Translations under genes and position numbers: made by a program
NCBI GenBank assembly: GCA_000002435.2
Contig: CM018793.1
Source of the DNA: Giardia intestinalis
Taxonomy: Eukaryota
Direction: 5' to 3' (one strand)
DNA length: 64,000 bases
Shown here: one piece after another, positions 1 to 9,934 of the stretch
Layout: each line of letters starts with the position of its first letter
How positions within the stretch are numbered: the first letter of the stretch is position 1
The notes under the pieces: generated by a model
What the model was told of the DNA's origin: nothing
Databases searched by the model: none
Seen by the model: only the letters and a program-made list of their open reading frames with translations

Positions 1-2600
1 TGCCGTGGTGGTACATGGGGCATTAGAAAAGCTTTGAGTGCGACAGAGTTATAAGCAGCAAGCTTTAAGTAATGGGGGGAGTTCTTGTAGAATAGGAGCT
101 GCTTTGCCGGAAGAATCTCGTGGGTAAATCTCTTAATATTGCATGCAAGTCCTTCATTTGCAGCTTTAAAGCGGGAGTCAACCTTCACAAGCGCAAATCT
201 AGCGGTTGTAGGAATTTGCATTGGAGGCAGTGCAGCCGCTCGGAGAGTTGCGTTGACCCTATTCTCGGTGTGCTGTGTGCAACCAGAAGATCCCAGCCGA
301 GCCGCATTTAGATACCCAAACGTGGACACAAGAGCATGGGGAAGAGAGGAGTTGATGGGAGACGCCTCAGGGTCAGCCGCCAAGTGATAAAGCCCGAATA
401 TACGCCGCTGTTTGATGGGCGTCTGCATGGATCCATAAGCTTCTAACTCATCGGGGAAATAATCATCAGTGTACCCTGCAAGTAGCGATTGTACACTGAG
501 ATCAAGCCCCTCGCATTCAATAACGAGGTCGCTCAGAAGCTGCTTTATGTCATTAGCAACCCCCGCCCATGACACGTTAAGAGTGCCTGTCTCGTGAATG
601 TGCATAGCTTTAGTATTGATATTATATTTTGCTATGCCCCGCTCTTTGACTCGTTCTCTATTATCTAATTCAGTAACACGGGACACCTCCATGGCCAAGA
701 AAACCAGTTCAGAAACTAGCTCTGCGCACATCTGCCGTAAATATAAATCGGACATCATTTTAACTCCACGCTTACTGAGGGACCTAATGGAGTTGCTGAT
801 CTGTAAGAAGTCGGAAGATATGCCGTAGCATCGGATATTTATCCGAGTCGAAGTACCATCGGCTGCCGTTTCTATCAGTCTATTTGCATGCAGAGTATCT
901 TCTAAACTAAGAAGGGATACCTCAACAGCAGGAGATGTAACTATCCAATATTCTCGAAGTATTATGCCAGGAGCTGCAACTCCTGTCTCAGAAAGTGGTA
1001 GGATAAAGCCTATAGATGTAGAGCACCCTGGGTTTAAGTTCCAAGTAGATGATGGAACGGAAACTATCAAGTTAGTTTCAGTACTCTTATTTTCTTTTAG
1101 AAACTGTGTTGCCAAGACACGTAGTTCAACAGGGGTTGTCGACTTTTGAATGAGCCTCTTTGCATCTATTCCCGCTTGTGATGGAGCTATATTTGCGGTG
1201 AGAGTCTCGCTCAGTGCATGCTTCCTGGTTTCTATATCCTCTACAGACCCCCTCTTGGATTGATTCCGCGAAGGTTCTGAAGAGCCCACAATATTGACTG
1301 TTGCTCCTAGTGACATGTGGCTTGTAGTAGAGATGTTGCTCTTGTAACGCTTGGGGTCCTGTGACACCAAATCCAGAAGCCTGTTGACGGAACTACTAGG
1401 AACCGCGCCTAAATTCTGCCGGAGTTTGTGAACGGGTGCATTACTGTTAACGCTCATGAGAGATCGAGTTGACTCTGGGCTGCGGGCCCTGTCGGTGAAG
1501 ACGTCCCGGCCTTCAAACATTGACATTTTAGAACTAAACTGAATGGGGTCCACAGTGGCCAGGTCTATCGCGCCTTTCGGAACTAGCTTCAATGAGACAA
1601 CGGAATCTCCCATATTACGCACTGTTACCGTGGCAACATTATATCCTACTTTTTCTCTGGAATTATAGATCACGGTGGTGAGGTTCGTTATCTCTATTCG
1701 CGGGTGAAGCTCTTGTAGTGCAAACGCGATTGGCTCCATGATGCAGGTCGTGTTTATTTTATCTGTGTTCAGGTTTAATTCGGGCATATAGGTAGTGACT
1801 ATGTGACTGTTTTTCTCTGTAATGTACTGGGCGATCTTGTCTGCCTTCTGTGCAGCTGTGCCGGCTGGCAAGCGTTGCCCACGCGCATTGAGAGTGCTAA
1901 GAATACCAGTAGTGTTTGTGCGGGCTGAATTGACCTGACAGTCTGTCGGGGTAGTGTTTGGAGAGATTGAGTCTGATAAGGATACAGGGGCTGCGGTGGC
2001 ATCGTGCTTGGTGATCCTACTTGACGATATGGTAACTGAGTGTTCGTTATTTGGTGAGTCTTGCAAGTGATTTGGGCCTGTTGGCGAATGCTTGTTCTGG
2101 GTCTTCTGGGCCAAGAGTGAAAATTCCGCATCTGGTAGGTCACAGGACGGCTGCATGGCTCTAGAAATAGCCCGCTGAGCAACCCGCGATCTATAATCTT
2201 CCAGCTCCTTGCGTAGATCGTCTGGAAGGTGATGAGCAAAGTCACGATACTTGGGCATGTTGATAATATTTTGGAGGCTTATCGCATTGGGGTCATTGGA
2301 AACTACACACTGCAAACCTGAGTATCTTCCGCCGACAGGAACAACCTGTGTAGTCTGAAGGGTGCGAAGGGATGACTCCCATGATAAATTTGCCCTCTGC
2401 CGTCGCTTTGCCTCATTGATAGCATCCAATCTTACCTTCTCTCGGTGCAAGGTAGAGATGTTCAAGATAGATTGAGTGTCCTTTCTAAGTATTGACGCTC
2501 GCTCCATATTGGCCTCCCAGGCTAGTGCATGTTTAGCGAGTAGCTCTTGCGCCTTTCGCTTGCGGGTAGCTGGCGAAGGGGCCCGGTATATATTTTGCAT
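1..2600 (-). CDS. hypothetical protein, N-terminal 866 codons only (C-terminus lies beyond the window start)
   Basis: Manual translation of the minus strand from ATG (complement of 2598-2600) stays open down to position 1 (MQNIYRAPSPATRKRKAQELLAKHALAWEANMERASILRK...). It is absent from the ORF track only because there is no in-window stop. All other frames here hold only short ORFs. A 65-bp AT-rich divergent spacer separates it from the 2666 gene. Confidence 0.5.
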   Translation of the reverse strand, partial: MQNIYRAPSPATRKRKAQELLAKHALAWEANMERASILRKDTQSILNISTLHREKVRLDAINEAKRRQRANLSWESSLRTLQTTQVVPVGGRYSGLQCVVSNDPNAISLQNIINMPKYRDFAHHLPDDLRKELEDYRSRVAQRAISRAMQPSCDLPDAEFSLLAQKTQNKHSPTGPNHLQDSPNNEHSVTISSSRITKHDATAAPVSLSDSISPNTTPTDCQVNSARTNTTGILSTLNARGQRLPAGTAAQKADKIAQYITEKNSHIVTTYMPELNLNTDKINTTCIMEPIAFALQELHPRIEITNLTTVIYNSREKVGYNVATVTVRNMGDSVVSLKLVPKGAIDLATVDPIQFSSKMSMFEGRDVFTDRARSPESTRSLMSVNSNAPVHKLRQNLGAVPSSSVNRLLDLVSQDPKRYKSNISTTSHMSLGATVNIVGSSEPSRNQSKRGSVEDIETRKHALSETLTANIAPSQAGIDAKRLIQKSTTPVELRVLATQFLKENKSTETNLIVSVPSSTWNLNPGCSTSIGFILPLSETGVAAPGIILREYWIVTSPAVEVSLLSLEDTLHANRLIETAADGTSTRINIRCYGISSDFLQISNSIRSLSKRGVKMMSDLYLRQMCAELVSELVFLAMEVSRVTELDNRERVKERGIAKYNINTKAMHIHETGTLNVSWAGVANDIKQLLSDLVIECEGLDLSVQSLLAGYTDDYFPDELEAYGSMQTPIKQRRIFGLYHLAADPEASPINSSLPHALVSTFGYLNAARLGSSGCTQHTENRVNATLRAAALPPMQIPTTARFALVKVDSRFKAANEGLACNIKRFTHEILPAKQLLFYKNSPHYLKLAAYNSVALKAFLMPHVPPR

Positions 2601-2665
2601 CAACACGCAACGAAGCTCAACAGAGCTAGAGCCTTAATTTTTTAAATCGGGATTTGAAATTTTAT
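2601..2665. promoter_or_regulatory. 65-bp AT-rich divergent promoter spacer
   Basis: Lies between the ATG at complement 2600 and the ATG at 2666. Ends ttaattttttaaatcgggatttgaaattttatATG. Confidence 0.45.
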
Positions 2666-3697
2666 ATGACCCATGAAGCGTCTCAGCTGAAGGAGTCGCT
2701 GCTGGCCAAGTCACGGTCATCTAGACGCTCCCGGTGGGATGAAGATGATGACTTGGCGTGTAGTGCCCTAGATGTCAACGAAGGCACACTTCCAAATGAG
2801 TTGGAAAGTCATTACCTCTTGCTTAAGATTGCAGGGAGCAAATCACAGACCCATTCCACTTGTTTTGCTGCCTCAGAAAATAACTGTGCTCCTCTAGCCT
2901 TGAGCGCTGTTCCTGTGGGCCGTTCAGCAATGGTTGAAGTCGACCGCATGGCTTTACACTCTGCAACGTCAGACTCTGGCTCTGCCGCGTTTCAAAGTCG
3001 CCCTATGTACGCCACGCATGGGGCAAGGTGTGCTCCGATTCCTGGGCTTCAAAGCTCTTCCAAACGTATGGCCAGGAGTCATGCTTTGGTTGCACACGGC
3101 ACCACTGTCAACCTACCAGCAACTCCTTTAATATGCAGCCTTCGTGCCACTGAAGCCAACAAGAACCTATCAACTACTATGAAAACTGTCGCCTCTACAT
3201 TAGAGCAGCAGTACACTTCTCTTCTCAAAGATGCAGCAACTAAAACTGGTGAAGCAGCAGCGCTTTACTATCTCCACACAAAGGCCTTAGCATTCAATGA
3301 TCTGCTGGACCGGGCTGAGGCGCATGACCGGGGACAAGACGTCACGCAATACAACACCATATTTTCATGCTACAATGACTGGAGGCAGAGCCTAGATAAT
3401 ATTGTATTAGACGAGGCCTTTTCTACTAATCAGTTGGCGATAGAACAGCCGGATGCTTTCACTGACGGGACACATTCCTCTGTGGTTCAAGCTACAAAGC
3501 TTGTTCTGCTTCAGGAGGGTGACAGTTGGTTTACAAAGGAGCTTCTTAAGAAGCTGGACCACTATCGGGCTTGTGAACAGTGCGTTCGCGAGGATCTTGC
3601 AAATCTCTTACTCGGTTTAAATCCCCAAAACCTAAAGATCCCTGAATCTCAGCGAGGAATGCTTCTTTTAGTACTGTCAGAGCTCTACACGATATAA
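2666..3697 (+). CDS. hypothetical protein (343 aa)
   Basis: Long ORF. The track start at 2654 is TTG; the first ATG at 2666 is preceded by an AT-rich initiator (ttaattttttaaatcgggatttgaaattttatATG). No recognisable domain. Confidence 0.55.
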   Translation: MTHEASQLKESLLAKSRSSRRSRWDEDDDLACSALDVNEGTLPNELESHYLLLKIAGSKSQTHSTCFAASENNCAPLALSAVPVGRSAMVEVDRMALHSATSDSGSAAFQSRPMYATHGARCAPIPGLQSSSKRMARSHALVAHGTTVNLPATPLICSLRATEANKNLSTTMKTVASTLEQQYTSLLKDAATKTGEAAALYYLHTKALAFNDLLDRAEAHDRGQDVTQYNTIFSCYNDWRQSLDNIVLDEAFSTNQLAIEQPDAFTDGTHSSVVQATKLVLLQEGDSWFTKELLKKLDHYRACEQCVREDLANLLLGLNPQNLKIPESQRGMLLLVLSELYTI

Positions 3698-3741
3698 TCT
3701 ACAGTTTACTCTGGACCAGTCATCAGCTGCGGAAAACAAAA

Positions 3742-5160
3742 ATGGCACTTCTGGAAACGACAGGGGCTTTAGCGAGCAAGGTGGGCTTTGATGTATATTG
3801 CGCACTATGCAATGAAAAATTTTCGTACTCCATGAAATTACATAGTCTGTGCCAGCATGCGATTCTTTGTCATGGTATTCGGGTTTTCGAGGATCTATTG
3901 CGTTATTTTAATGGGAAACCCATACTTAGGGCTAGTGACCTTTTATGTGGCCAGTGCTATAACATCTACGGTCCAAACACGCGACACTTCTCAACTGAAC
4001 ATAAAATTAATGATAGGTATTACTGTAAGCTGTGTAATTTTACAACAACACGAGCATCTTTATACCAATTTCATAATCATATACTAAAATCTAATGCGAC
4101 ATGGTGTATCGGCTGCAATAAATTTTTAATGAGATCCAATTGGTTGTCGAGCCACTTCAGGATTTGTCCTGGAAGATTGCTTAGTTATAAGCGAGATTAT
4201 GAGATTGCCAATGACCATGCTTCCACAGAGATACACTCTAATACTATTGAGCTCAAACCTAAACCATATGTTTTTCCTAACTATGGTTGTGAGGAAACTT
4301 TACAGACTCTAAAAGGGCTTAAAGTCATTGACAAAGCCTGGCGCTCGCAACTGAAGTGGTGGTCATGCCGCCTCTGCTCCAAGCCTCCTTCTATTAAGTG
4401 TAGAGCATGCTCGACATCCTATTGTGCTACCTGTCAACAAGTCGATCCATACCTATGTACAAAGATGGTTTGCATGCGTTGCTACATGCACGCCTATTCT
4501 GTGTGGAATGATCCCGTGTTGGTATTTACTAAGGGGTTGTTCGGAATTCTTTCCGGATTTACTAGGCCGAGGAATTCGACGAGCCTGCGGAACAGCCGCG
4601 GACTAGCTATGCACGGACCTTACGCTGCCAAAGCGGGCGCAATTGTTTCAGAGGCTCTTGCGCTTGCCGTGCCGTTAGATAGACTTAATATTCCATACGG
4701 ACTTGAGCGCCTGGTTGAGGCCACACAGTACGATGATAATGGGATGCCATGCTTTCTAGCTGACTTCGGCCCTTATGTGTTTTTCGCGGGGAGCGTGATG
4801 GTTCCGCCTCTATATTTTGCTCGTGATTCTTCAGACCCTATGTGTAGGCTTGAAGTAACTCTGTTGGCAGGCTTAAACATTGGCTACCCTGTCGCTGTTG
4901 TTACTCTCCGTGCAGTCAAAGACTTTGCGATAGGACGAAACAAAGTTCGCGAAATTACTATTCGTCGCCAGTGCCTTACGGAATATCCATGGCGGGGTGC
5001 TGCGCGCTTCTGTCTCGATCCTATCTTAGCAATACCCCCTCAGCACAAACCTACAGAATTACCTCCAGATACTCCATGTCCCAGGAGCGCATTCAGTCAG
5101 TACTTTGCAGGGAAATCGCCGTTTGGAGAACCAAAAGAGTCTTTAGTCTCAATTCAATGA
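3742..5160 (+). CDS. C2H2-type zinc-finger-like protein (472 aa)
   Basis: ATG-initiated ORF. The N-terminus carries repeated C-x2-C...H-x3-5-H spacings (YCALCNEKFSYSMKLHSLCQHAILCH; YYCKLCNFTTTRASLYQFHNHIL; CIGCNKFLMRSNWLSSHFRIC). Confidence 0.55.
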   Translation: MALLETTGALASKVGFDVYCALCNEKFSYSMKLHSLCQHAILCHGIRVFEDLLRYFNGKPILRASDLLCGQCYNIYGPNTRHFSTEHKINDRYYCKLCNFTTTRASLYQFHNHILKSNATWCIGCNKFLMRSNWLSSHFRICPGRLLSYKRDYEIANDHASTEIHSNTIELKPKPYVFPNYGCEETLQTLKGLKVIDKAWRSQLKWWSCRLCSKPPSIKCRACSTSYCATCQQVDPYLCTKMVCMRCYMHAYSVWNDPVLVFTKGLFGILSGFTRPRNSTSLRNSRGLAMHGPYAAKAGAIVSEALALAVPLDRLNIPYGLERLVEATQYDDNGMPCFLADFGPYVFFAGSVMVPPLYFARDSSDPMCRLEVTLLAGLNIGYPVAVVTLRAVKDFAIGRNKVREITIRRQCLTEYPWRGAARFCLDPILAIPPQHKPTELPPDTPCPRSAFSQYFAGKSPFGEPKESLVSIQ

Positions 5161-5204
5161 TCTGTCCGGACAAAAACAATCAAAAAACTGAGAGCAGATA
5201 GTGA

Positions 5205-6209
5205 ATGACAGAAGCTTTTCAGATCACGCTGTGCCGTATGCATGAGTCGCCTGTCCCTGCGCAGCACCAGTATGTGCTGTGCAGGGTCGACAGGTCTCAT
5301 GACATCGGGTTTTACATTCACTTATTGGAGTGGAACAATACAGAGGCCTTGCTTCCTGCTAGTTCTATTGCCCAGCGTCGCATAAAAAATATCAATAGCT
5401 ACCTTCGTCCTGGGCAGGAGATCACTCTGGAGGTTGCTCGCATCGACGTTGACCGAGGGTACATAGATTTGGACGAGAGATCAGTAACACCTCAGGACAA
5501 GGAAGACTGCAAGATGGAGTTTTATCGCAACAATACTATTCACACATTGATGCGTCACCTAGCGCTGCTCTTTAAAATACCCAAGCTCATCATTCTTTAT
5601 AAAGTCTTGGGCTGGCCCACTGCGGCTTTAGACGAGGAGCAATCTGTATATAACGCTTTTAGATGTGCAGTGACTTCGTTCGATAGGGTTTTCAAGCAAA
5701 TTCTGGACGATTACTATGAGCACGGCTACATTGCAAAAGAGGGAGATTATGACTTATCCCACGGCTTGGTTACCATGGAAGAGCTGAATGCTATTAAGAA
5801 TACCGTCCCTCGTGCTGCTCTGGAGAAGCAGTTAAAAGACCAACTGAACACGCGCCTCCGTGAGCGACCTGTCAAACTCTCCTGTGACATCAGTGTTACC
5901 ATCTGCCGCGGGATCTTGGGAATCGAGACTATTAAAGATGCTTTACGGGAGGGGCTTAAATACGCTGCAGAGCATCCGCTCACTACCAGCGAAGACGCCA
6001 CTCAGACGGCCGACGAGCAGCCGCTTACCATCAAGATGCATGTTGCGCCCATTTACACTATCTCTGTGCAGACCATATACCAGAAGGAAGCAAAGGAATT
6101 AATTAGCTCCGTGTGCAAGGTGATCGAAGCCAACATTGTTGCTGCTGGCGGAAGGTTTTCCATAGAAAAAGAGGCAACCATCGTCACCTCGGACAAGACT
6201 GACAAGTAA
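5205..6209 (+). CDS. EIF2S1: translation initiation factor eIF2 alpha subunit
   Basis: An S1-domain N-terminus followed by GYIDLDERSVTPQDKEDCKMEFYRNNTIHTLMRHLALLFKIP...VKLSCDISVTICRGILGIETIKDALREGLK aligns along its length with eukaryotic eIF2alpha (human [39 protein letters not shown]...[25 protein letters not shown]). AGTAAAT overlaps the TAA stop. Confidence 0.85.
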   Translation: MTEAFQITLCRMHESPVPAQHQYVLCRVDRSHDIGFYIHLLEWNNTEALLPASSIAQRRIKNINSYLRPGQEITLEVARIDVDRGYIDLDERSVTPQDKEDCKMEFYRNNTIHTLMRHLALLFKIPKLIILYKVLGWPTAALDEEQSVYNAFRCAVTSFDRVFKQILDDYYEHGYIAKEGDYDLSHGLVTMEELNAIKNTVPRAALEKQLKDQLNTRLRERPVKLSCDISVTICRGILGIETIKDALREGLKYAAEHPLTTSEDATQTADEQPLTIKMHVAPIYTISVQTIYQKEAKELISSVCKVIEANIVAAGGRFSIEKEATIVTSDKTDK

Positions 6210-6211
6210 AT
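6205..6211 (+). terminator. putative polyadenylation signal AGTAAAT overlapping the eIF2alpha TAA
   Basis: Direct read: gacAAGTAAATttgc. Confidence 0.45.
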
Positions 6212-6326
6212 TTGCGGCTTGTCCTGGCTACTTCAACGCTGGGCATCAATAACATCAACAAGGTCAACAAGGAGCAGAAAGCATCTATCACAAATAAAGT
6301 AATTTAATTTGGATTTGAGTCCAGGC

Positions 6327-7829
6327 ATGGCTCTCTCACCTCCTCCGCTAGCGCAGAAGGAAGTGGTACCACGCTATGAGGAGAGGCTTCTGATTGTAAC
6401 TGGGCCCCAGTCTGGTTTTCCCAGTGATTTTGGAAAGTCCCAAACTGTGGAGCCAGACAGGGTCTATCTTGGACTCACAGAAGGACAAGTAAAGATAGAA
6501 GAGGAAGAAGCACACCTTCTTCGAGCAGTTAACCGCGGACCGTCTACTCATAAGCTGTCTATTCCTGCGCCCAAAGTTACCCGTATTCCTGCCTATTCAT
6601 GCTTCGGATTCAAGCCGGGGGTAAGCTACCGCGTTGCTACGGCAATCAATTCGTCAAGGAACATACTAAGGGATTTGGATGATGCAGATCTATGCTTTAG
6701 TGATGGGATAGTTCGTGTCATCGAAGCAGAGGCTTCTGCCAGTAAACCATCGCACAAGGGGACACAGAGGTGTGCGCTCGAACTATCAGAAAAACAAGAG
6801 GTTAGAGGGTCTAGATTTCCTGACATCCACGTGTCCTTGCCTACTGACTCCATATACTCTGAGGACGTTTTGGAGTGGATTCTGACTGTATTGGATATAT
6901 TTTTCCCTGCGAAGATTCGTCAGATTTTTATAACCGAAAGAAATATTTATGAAGCTTACATTGCGTGTAGATTAGTCGTCCTGGATTCTTTTGAATTGGA
7001 AAATACTATTGTAAGGCCTCCAGATTGCTTTATTCCTCGGATGCCCACAGATTACATCAAAAGGATTGCAGCAGAACAGCATAAGATGGACCAGTCTTCG
7101 GACCTAGATGTGGGAACTAAGGGGACATCCAAGCGCAAGGTCGTCGTCAACGAGCAGCTAGAGAAGATTGCTTCCCAAGTCCCATTCATTTCTCGCAGTC
7201 TATTTGCTAGCATCTTTTCCTATTTTGTTAACAAACGAAAAGGAACACCCCTTATGCCCTGCATGCGTGACCGCCCATATCGAGATTGGGTGTCTTCACA
7301 AGCCAATCAGAAGATGTTTCTAGTTCAGCAAGAGAAGCGGTTTGCGCAGCAGTTCTGCAAAGGAATCAAACGGGCTCAAGTACCTCTATACTATTTCAAC
7401 CGAATGGCCGAATTTGTCTGTCTGCGAGAGGTTATTGAGTTGGCTGCCGTTACCAATGAATGCAAAGATTTGCTGGCCCAACTGGGGTACAATTCTGCTG
7501 AGGAAGCAGAGGCGATATTGAGGGATGATGCCCCGGGCTCCATGCTTATTCCTATGGATAGACCCGCAAACACATATAAGCTAGAGCAGCTATCGCTAGA
7601 GATGTATGATGAGGCAATGTGGACAAAGAACAGAAACCAACTTATGACCCATGCGCCAATAAGCAAGGCGGTCACTTCGCGATCGCCCACCATGTTTGAC
7701 ATTACCAAGCTGACTAGTATAGTGGATGTGTTTGCTAATGTGGGGTGTCTGCAGAAATCGCCCGAGATTGCTGCCGACGAGGATGTTGTCAACGCATTCT
7801 ACCAACGCATACTAGCTTCCAGCACGTAG
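6327..7829 (+). CDS. hypothetical protein (500 aa)
   Basis: Long ORF. The track start at 6309 is TTG; the first ATG is at 6327 (MALSPPPLAQKE...). No recognisable domain. Confidence 0.5.
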   Translation: MALSPPPLAQKEVVPRYEERLLIVTGPQSGFPSDFGKSQTVEPDRVYLGLTEGQVKIEEEEAHLLRAVNRGPSTHKLSIPAPKVTRIPAYSCFGFKPGVSYRVATAINSSRNILRDLDDADLCFSDGIVRVIEAEASASKPSHKGTQRCALELSEKQEVRGSRFPDIHVSLPTDSIYSEDVLEWILTVLDIFFPAKIRQIFITERNIYEAYIACRLVVLDSFELENTIVRPPDCFIPRMPTDYIKRIAAEQHKMDQSSDLDVGTKGTSKRKVVVNEQLEKIASQVPFISRSLFASIFSYFVNKRKGTPLMPCMRDRPYRDWVSSQANQKMFLVQQEKRFAQQFCKGIKRAQVPLYYFNRMAEFVCLREVIELAAVTNECKDLLAQLGYNSAEEAEAILRDDAPGSMLIPMDRPANTYKLEQLSLEMYDEAMWTKNRNQLMTHAPISKAVTSRSPTMFDITKLTSIVDVFANVGCLQKSPEIAADEDVVNAFYQRILASST

Positions 7830-8093
7830 TCCTATGGTACCCCTCTCTGAGCTGGCATCTCCGCCCTTCTGTTGAGTTGTATTCTGATTAAGCTGTCTTA
7901 CGCATCAGTTGTCGATCACACGGCCACGATGTTACTGTTCAATTCATATCTAACGCTGAACTATGACATCGTGCCAGCACATTACCAATTGTGTGAAGTA
8001 GTAAGGAGTAGTAAATCTTGAATGGCAATTTGTAGGCGTCGTCTTTGCAACTTGCTTCACAATTTGGTGGAGATCTGCAAGTTTTAAAACTTG

Positions 8094-9089
8094 ATGCCTC
8101 CTTGCATTTATGACGTACACACCCACACGTTTCTATGCCAATGTGCTGAAAAGGTAATGCCACGGGTGTACTTTAAACTGGCATCAGAGTTGGGATATAA
8201 AGGGATAGCGTACTGCTGCCACAACCCTTTCCCTGGAGACCTAGTAACTCCCCAGCACAGAATGGCTTATGAAGAGTTTGAGTTGTTCATGACAATGTAT
8301 CGACGAGAATGTGCATTTGCTCGGATTCACCTTCCAGAGTTGGACATTCTTCTTACGATGGAAGTTGACTACCTTCCCGATGCTCCACATCTCACTGAAG
8401 ATTTTATTGTGAGCCACCTTGGAGACTTCGACTGTGTCCTGGGGTCTCTGCACTATTACCAGGAAATTGAGAACGCGTGCTCAGACAAGGAAAAACAGAT
8501 TAAAGTGTACTTTGAAACCTGGGTACAGGCGCTCAGAACAGGATGGTTTCAAGTCATGGCGCACATGGATTTTATTAAGGTTGTTGTAGGCATGGAGTGG
8601 GTTCGCAGAAACAGGGAGGTGGTCCACAAGCATGCAGAAAGCGCCATCACTGAGATGGCGAAGTACAATCTGGCGCGAGAGAAGAAAGGCCTCGATCCGG
8701 TTGTGTTAGAGCTCAACACTAGTGGATCTCAGTATGGAGACGACTTTTTTCCAGCTGAGTCCCTTGTGGCTTATGCTGCCAAGATGAATATCCCTTTTTG
8801 CTTATCCAGTGACTGCCATCAGGCGTCAGAATTGGGTCGCAACTTCAAGGAAGCCCTTTGCTGCCTGAAGAAACATGGTGTCACAGAACTTTGTTACTTT
8901 AAAGAGCGACGGCTTCAGAGATATCTGCTCGAGGATGCCATTGCCACGTTCAAACCGTCCTGTGTGCCTGAGTTGGTCTCGAGAATCAAAGCCCTGAAAG
9001 GATATGATGTCTCTGTCAGCGAAGAGCTAGAGGAGATGAAGTGGAGCAGTCTGCTTGCACGCAGGTCTAATGAGAAGAGTAAAAGTTAG
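8094..9089 (+). CDS. PHP-domain (histidinol-phosphatase-like) metal-dependent phosphoesterase
   Basis: The N-terminal motif MPPCIYDVHTHTFLC matches the PHP/HisJ family signature D-x-H-x-H-T. TTG sits at 8091 and ATG at 8094. Confidence 0.5.
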   Translation: MPPCIYDVHTHTFLCQCAEKVMPRVYFKLASELGYKGIAYCCHNPFPGDLVTPQHRMAYEEFELFMTMYRRECAFARIHLPELDILLTMEVDYLPDAPHLTEDFIVSHLGDFDCVLGSLHYYQEIENACSDKEKQIKVYFETWVQALRTGWFQVMAHMDFIKVVVGMEWVRRNREVVHKHAESAITEMAKYNLAREKKGLDPVVLELNTSGSQYGDDFFPAESLVAYAAKMNIPFCLSSDCHQASELGRNFKEALCCLKKHGVTELCYFKERRLQRYLLEDAIATFKPSCVPELVSRIKALKGYDVSVSEELEEMKWSSLLARRSNEKSKS

Positions 9090-9096
9090 CCTAAAA

Positions 9097-9888
9097 ATGC
9101 AGGACATACTCACGAACGTGCTCACAAGCGAAGATATCGAGGCGGAGATGCGGCGTCTTCAGAGCGAGCTGGCAGAAGACACCAAGGAACTGATCCGCAT
9201 TCGAACGGAGTATCATCAGGCAGAGCAATGCCTGCAGAATTGGCAGGGCCGATTCGCTCTTGCTGAGGGGTTTCAATCTCACAGCCTAGCCCCAGAAAGA
9301 GACCACCGCTTCTTTATGGCTCCTATCGGATCGGTGGTCACGGATGACGCAGACCCGTCTCTGATTAATGTGACACTGCTCGACAGCTTCAAAGGCTCAT
9401 GTGCCAACTTGGAGTCCTGGGACAAGGCTTGGGTCATTGGTCTTGCTAAGCATAGATTCTCATCTAACCATTTCCCTGCGTCCGATTTACTAGCTCCTAG
9501 TTCAGACATTGTTTCCGGTCCTGTCGGGACTATCACTGTGTCAAACGTTGTGTTTAACTACACAGAGCCGTATAACAACTCTGTACATATATCAAAGTAC
9601 CTCATAGACAACGCAAGGACTGCAGGGTGCAGTGCTGTCACGGAAGATCAGGACCCTTTTACTCTCGGTGTCTCTCCTCAGCTTCCGTGCTATTTGGAGG
9701 CAGCTGGCGAACAAGCCATTCAGTATGAGCTTGTCAACCTTCTTGCAGACATTGTGGCTGTTGACCAGGAGACCGTTAGGCTGACCACCAGTGAGCCTCT
9801 TCCACCCGAATTTGTCCTTCTCGATCTCAAGGTCTATCACCCTTACATTGAGGGCCTTACTAACCTTCTAGAACACGAAAAGCAATAG
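9097..9888 (+). CDS. hypothetical protein with N-terminal coiled-coil
   Basis: The ORF begins at TTG 9055 inside the upstream gene. In-frame ATGs lie at 9070 (overlapping the upstream CDS) and 9097 (after its stop); 9097 is chosen. Confidence 0.45.
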   Translation: MQDILTNVLTSEDIEAEMRRLQSELAEDTKELIRIRTEYHQAEQCLQNWQGRFALAEGFQSHSLAPERDHRFFMAPIGSVVTDDADPSLINVTLLDSFKGSCANLESWDKAWVIGLAKHRFSSNHFPASDLLAPSSDIVSGPVGTITVSNVVFNYTEPYNNSVHISKYLIDNARTAGCSAVTEDQDPFTLGVSPQLPCYLEAAGEQAIQYELVNLLADIVAVDQETVRLTTSEPLPPEFVLLDLKVYHPYIEGLTNLLEHEKQ

Positions 9889-9934
9889 CAATCCACATAA
9901 ATCACAGAACACCTTTTCAAAGAGCGGACTAAAT

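Noticed and set aside
1799-2245. A 148-aa minus-strand ORF and small plus-strand ORFs (120..1149) at the window start
   Set aside because: They are out-of-frame with, or antisense to, the 866-codon open frame that occupies this region. Their composition is not protein-like.
9070-9096. Alternative earlier ATG (9070) for the 9097 gene, overlapping the last 20 nt of the PHP-domain gene
   Set aside because: It cannot be excluded, but the non-overlapping ATG at 9097 with an upstream A-rich stretch (cctaaaaATG) is the more parsimonious choice.
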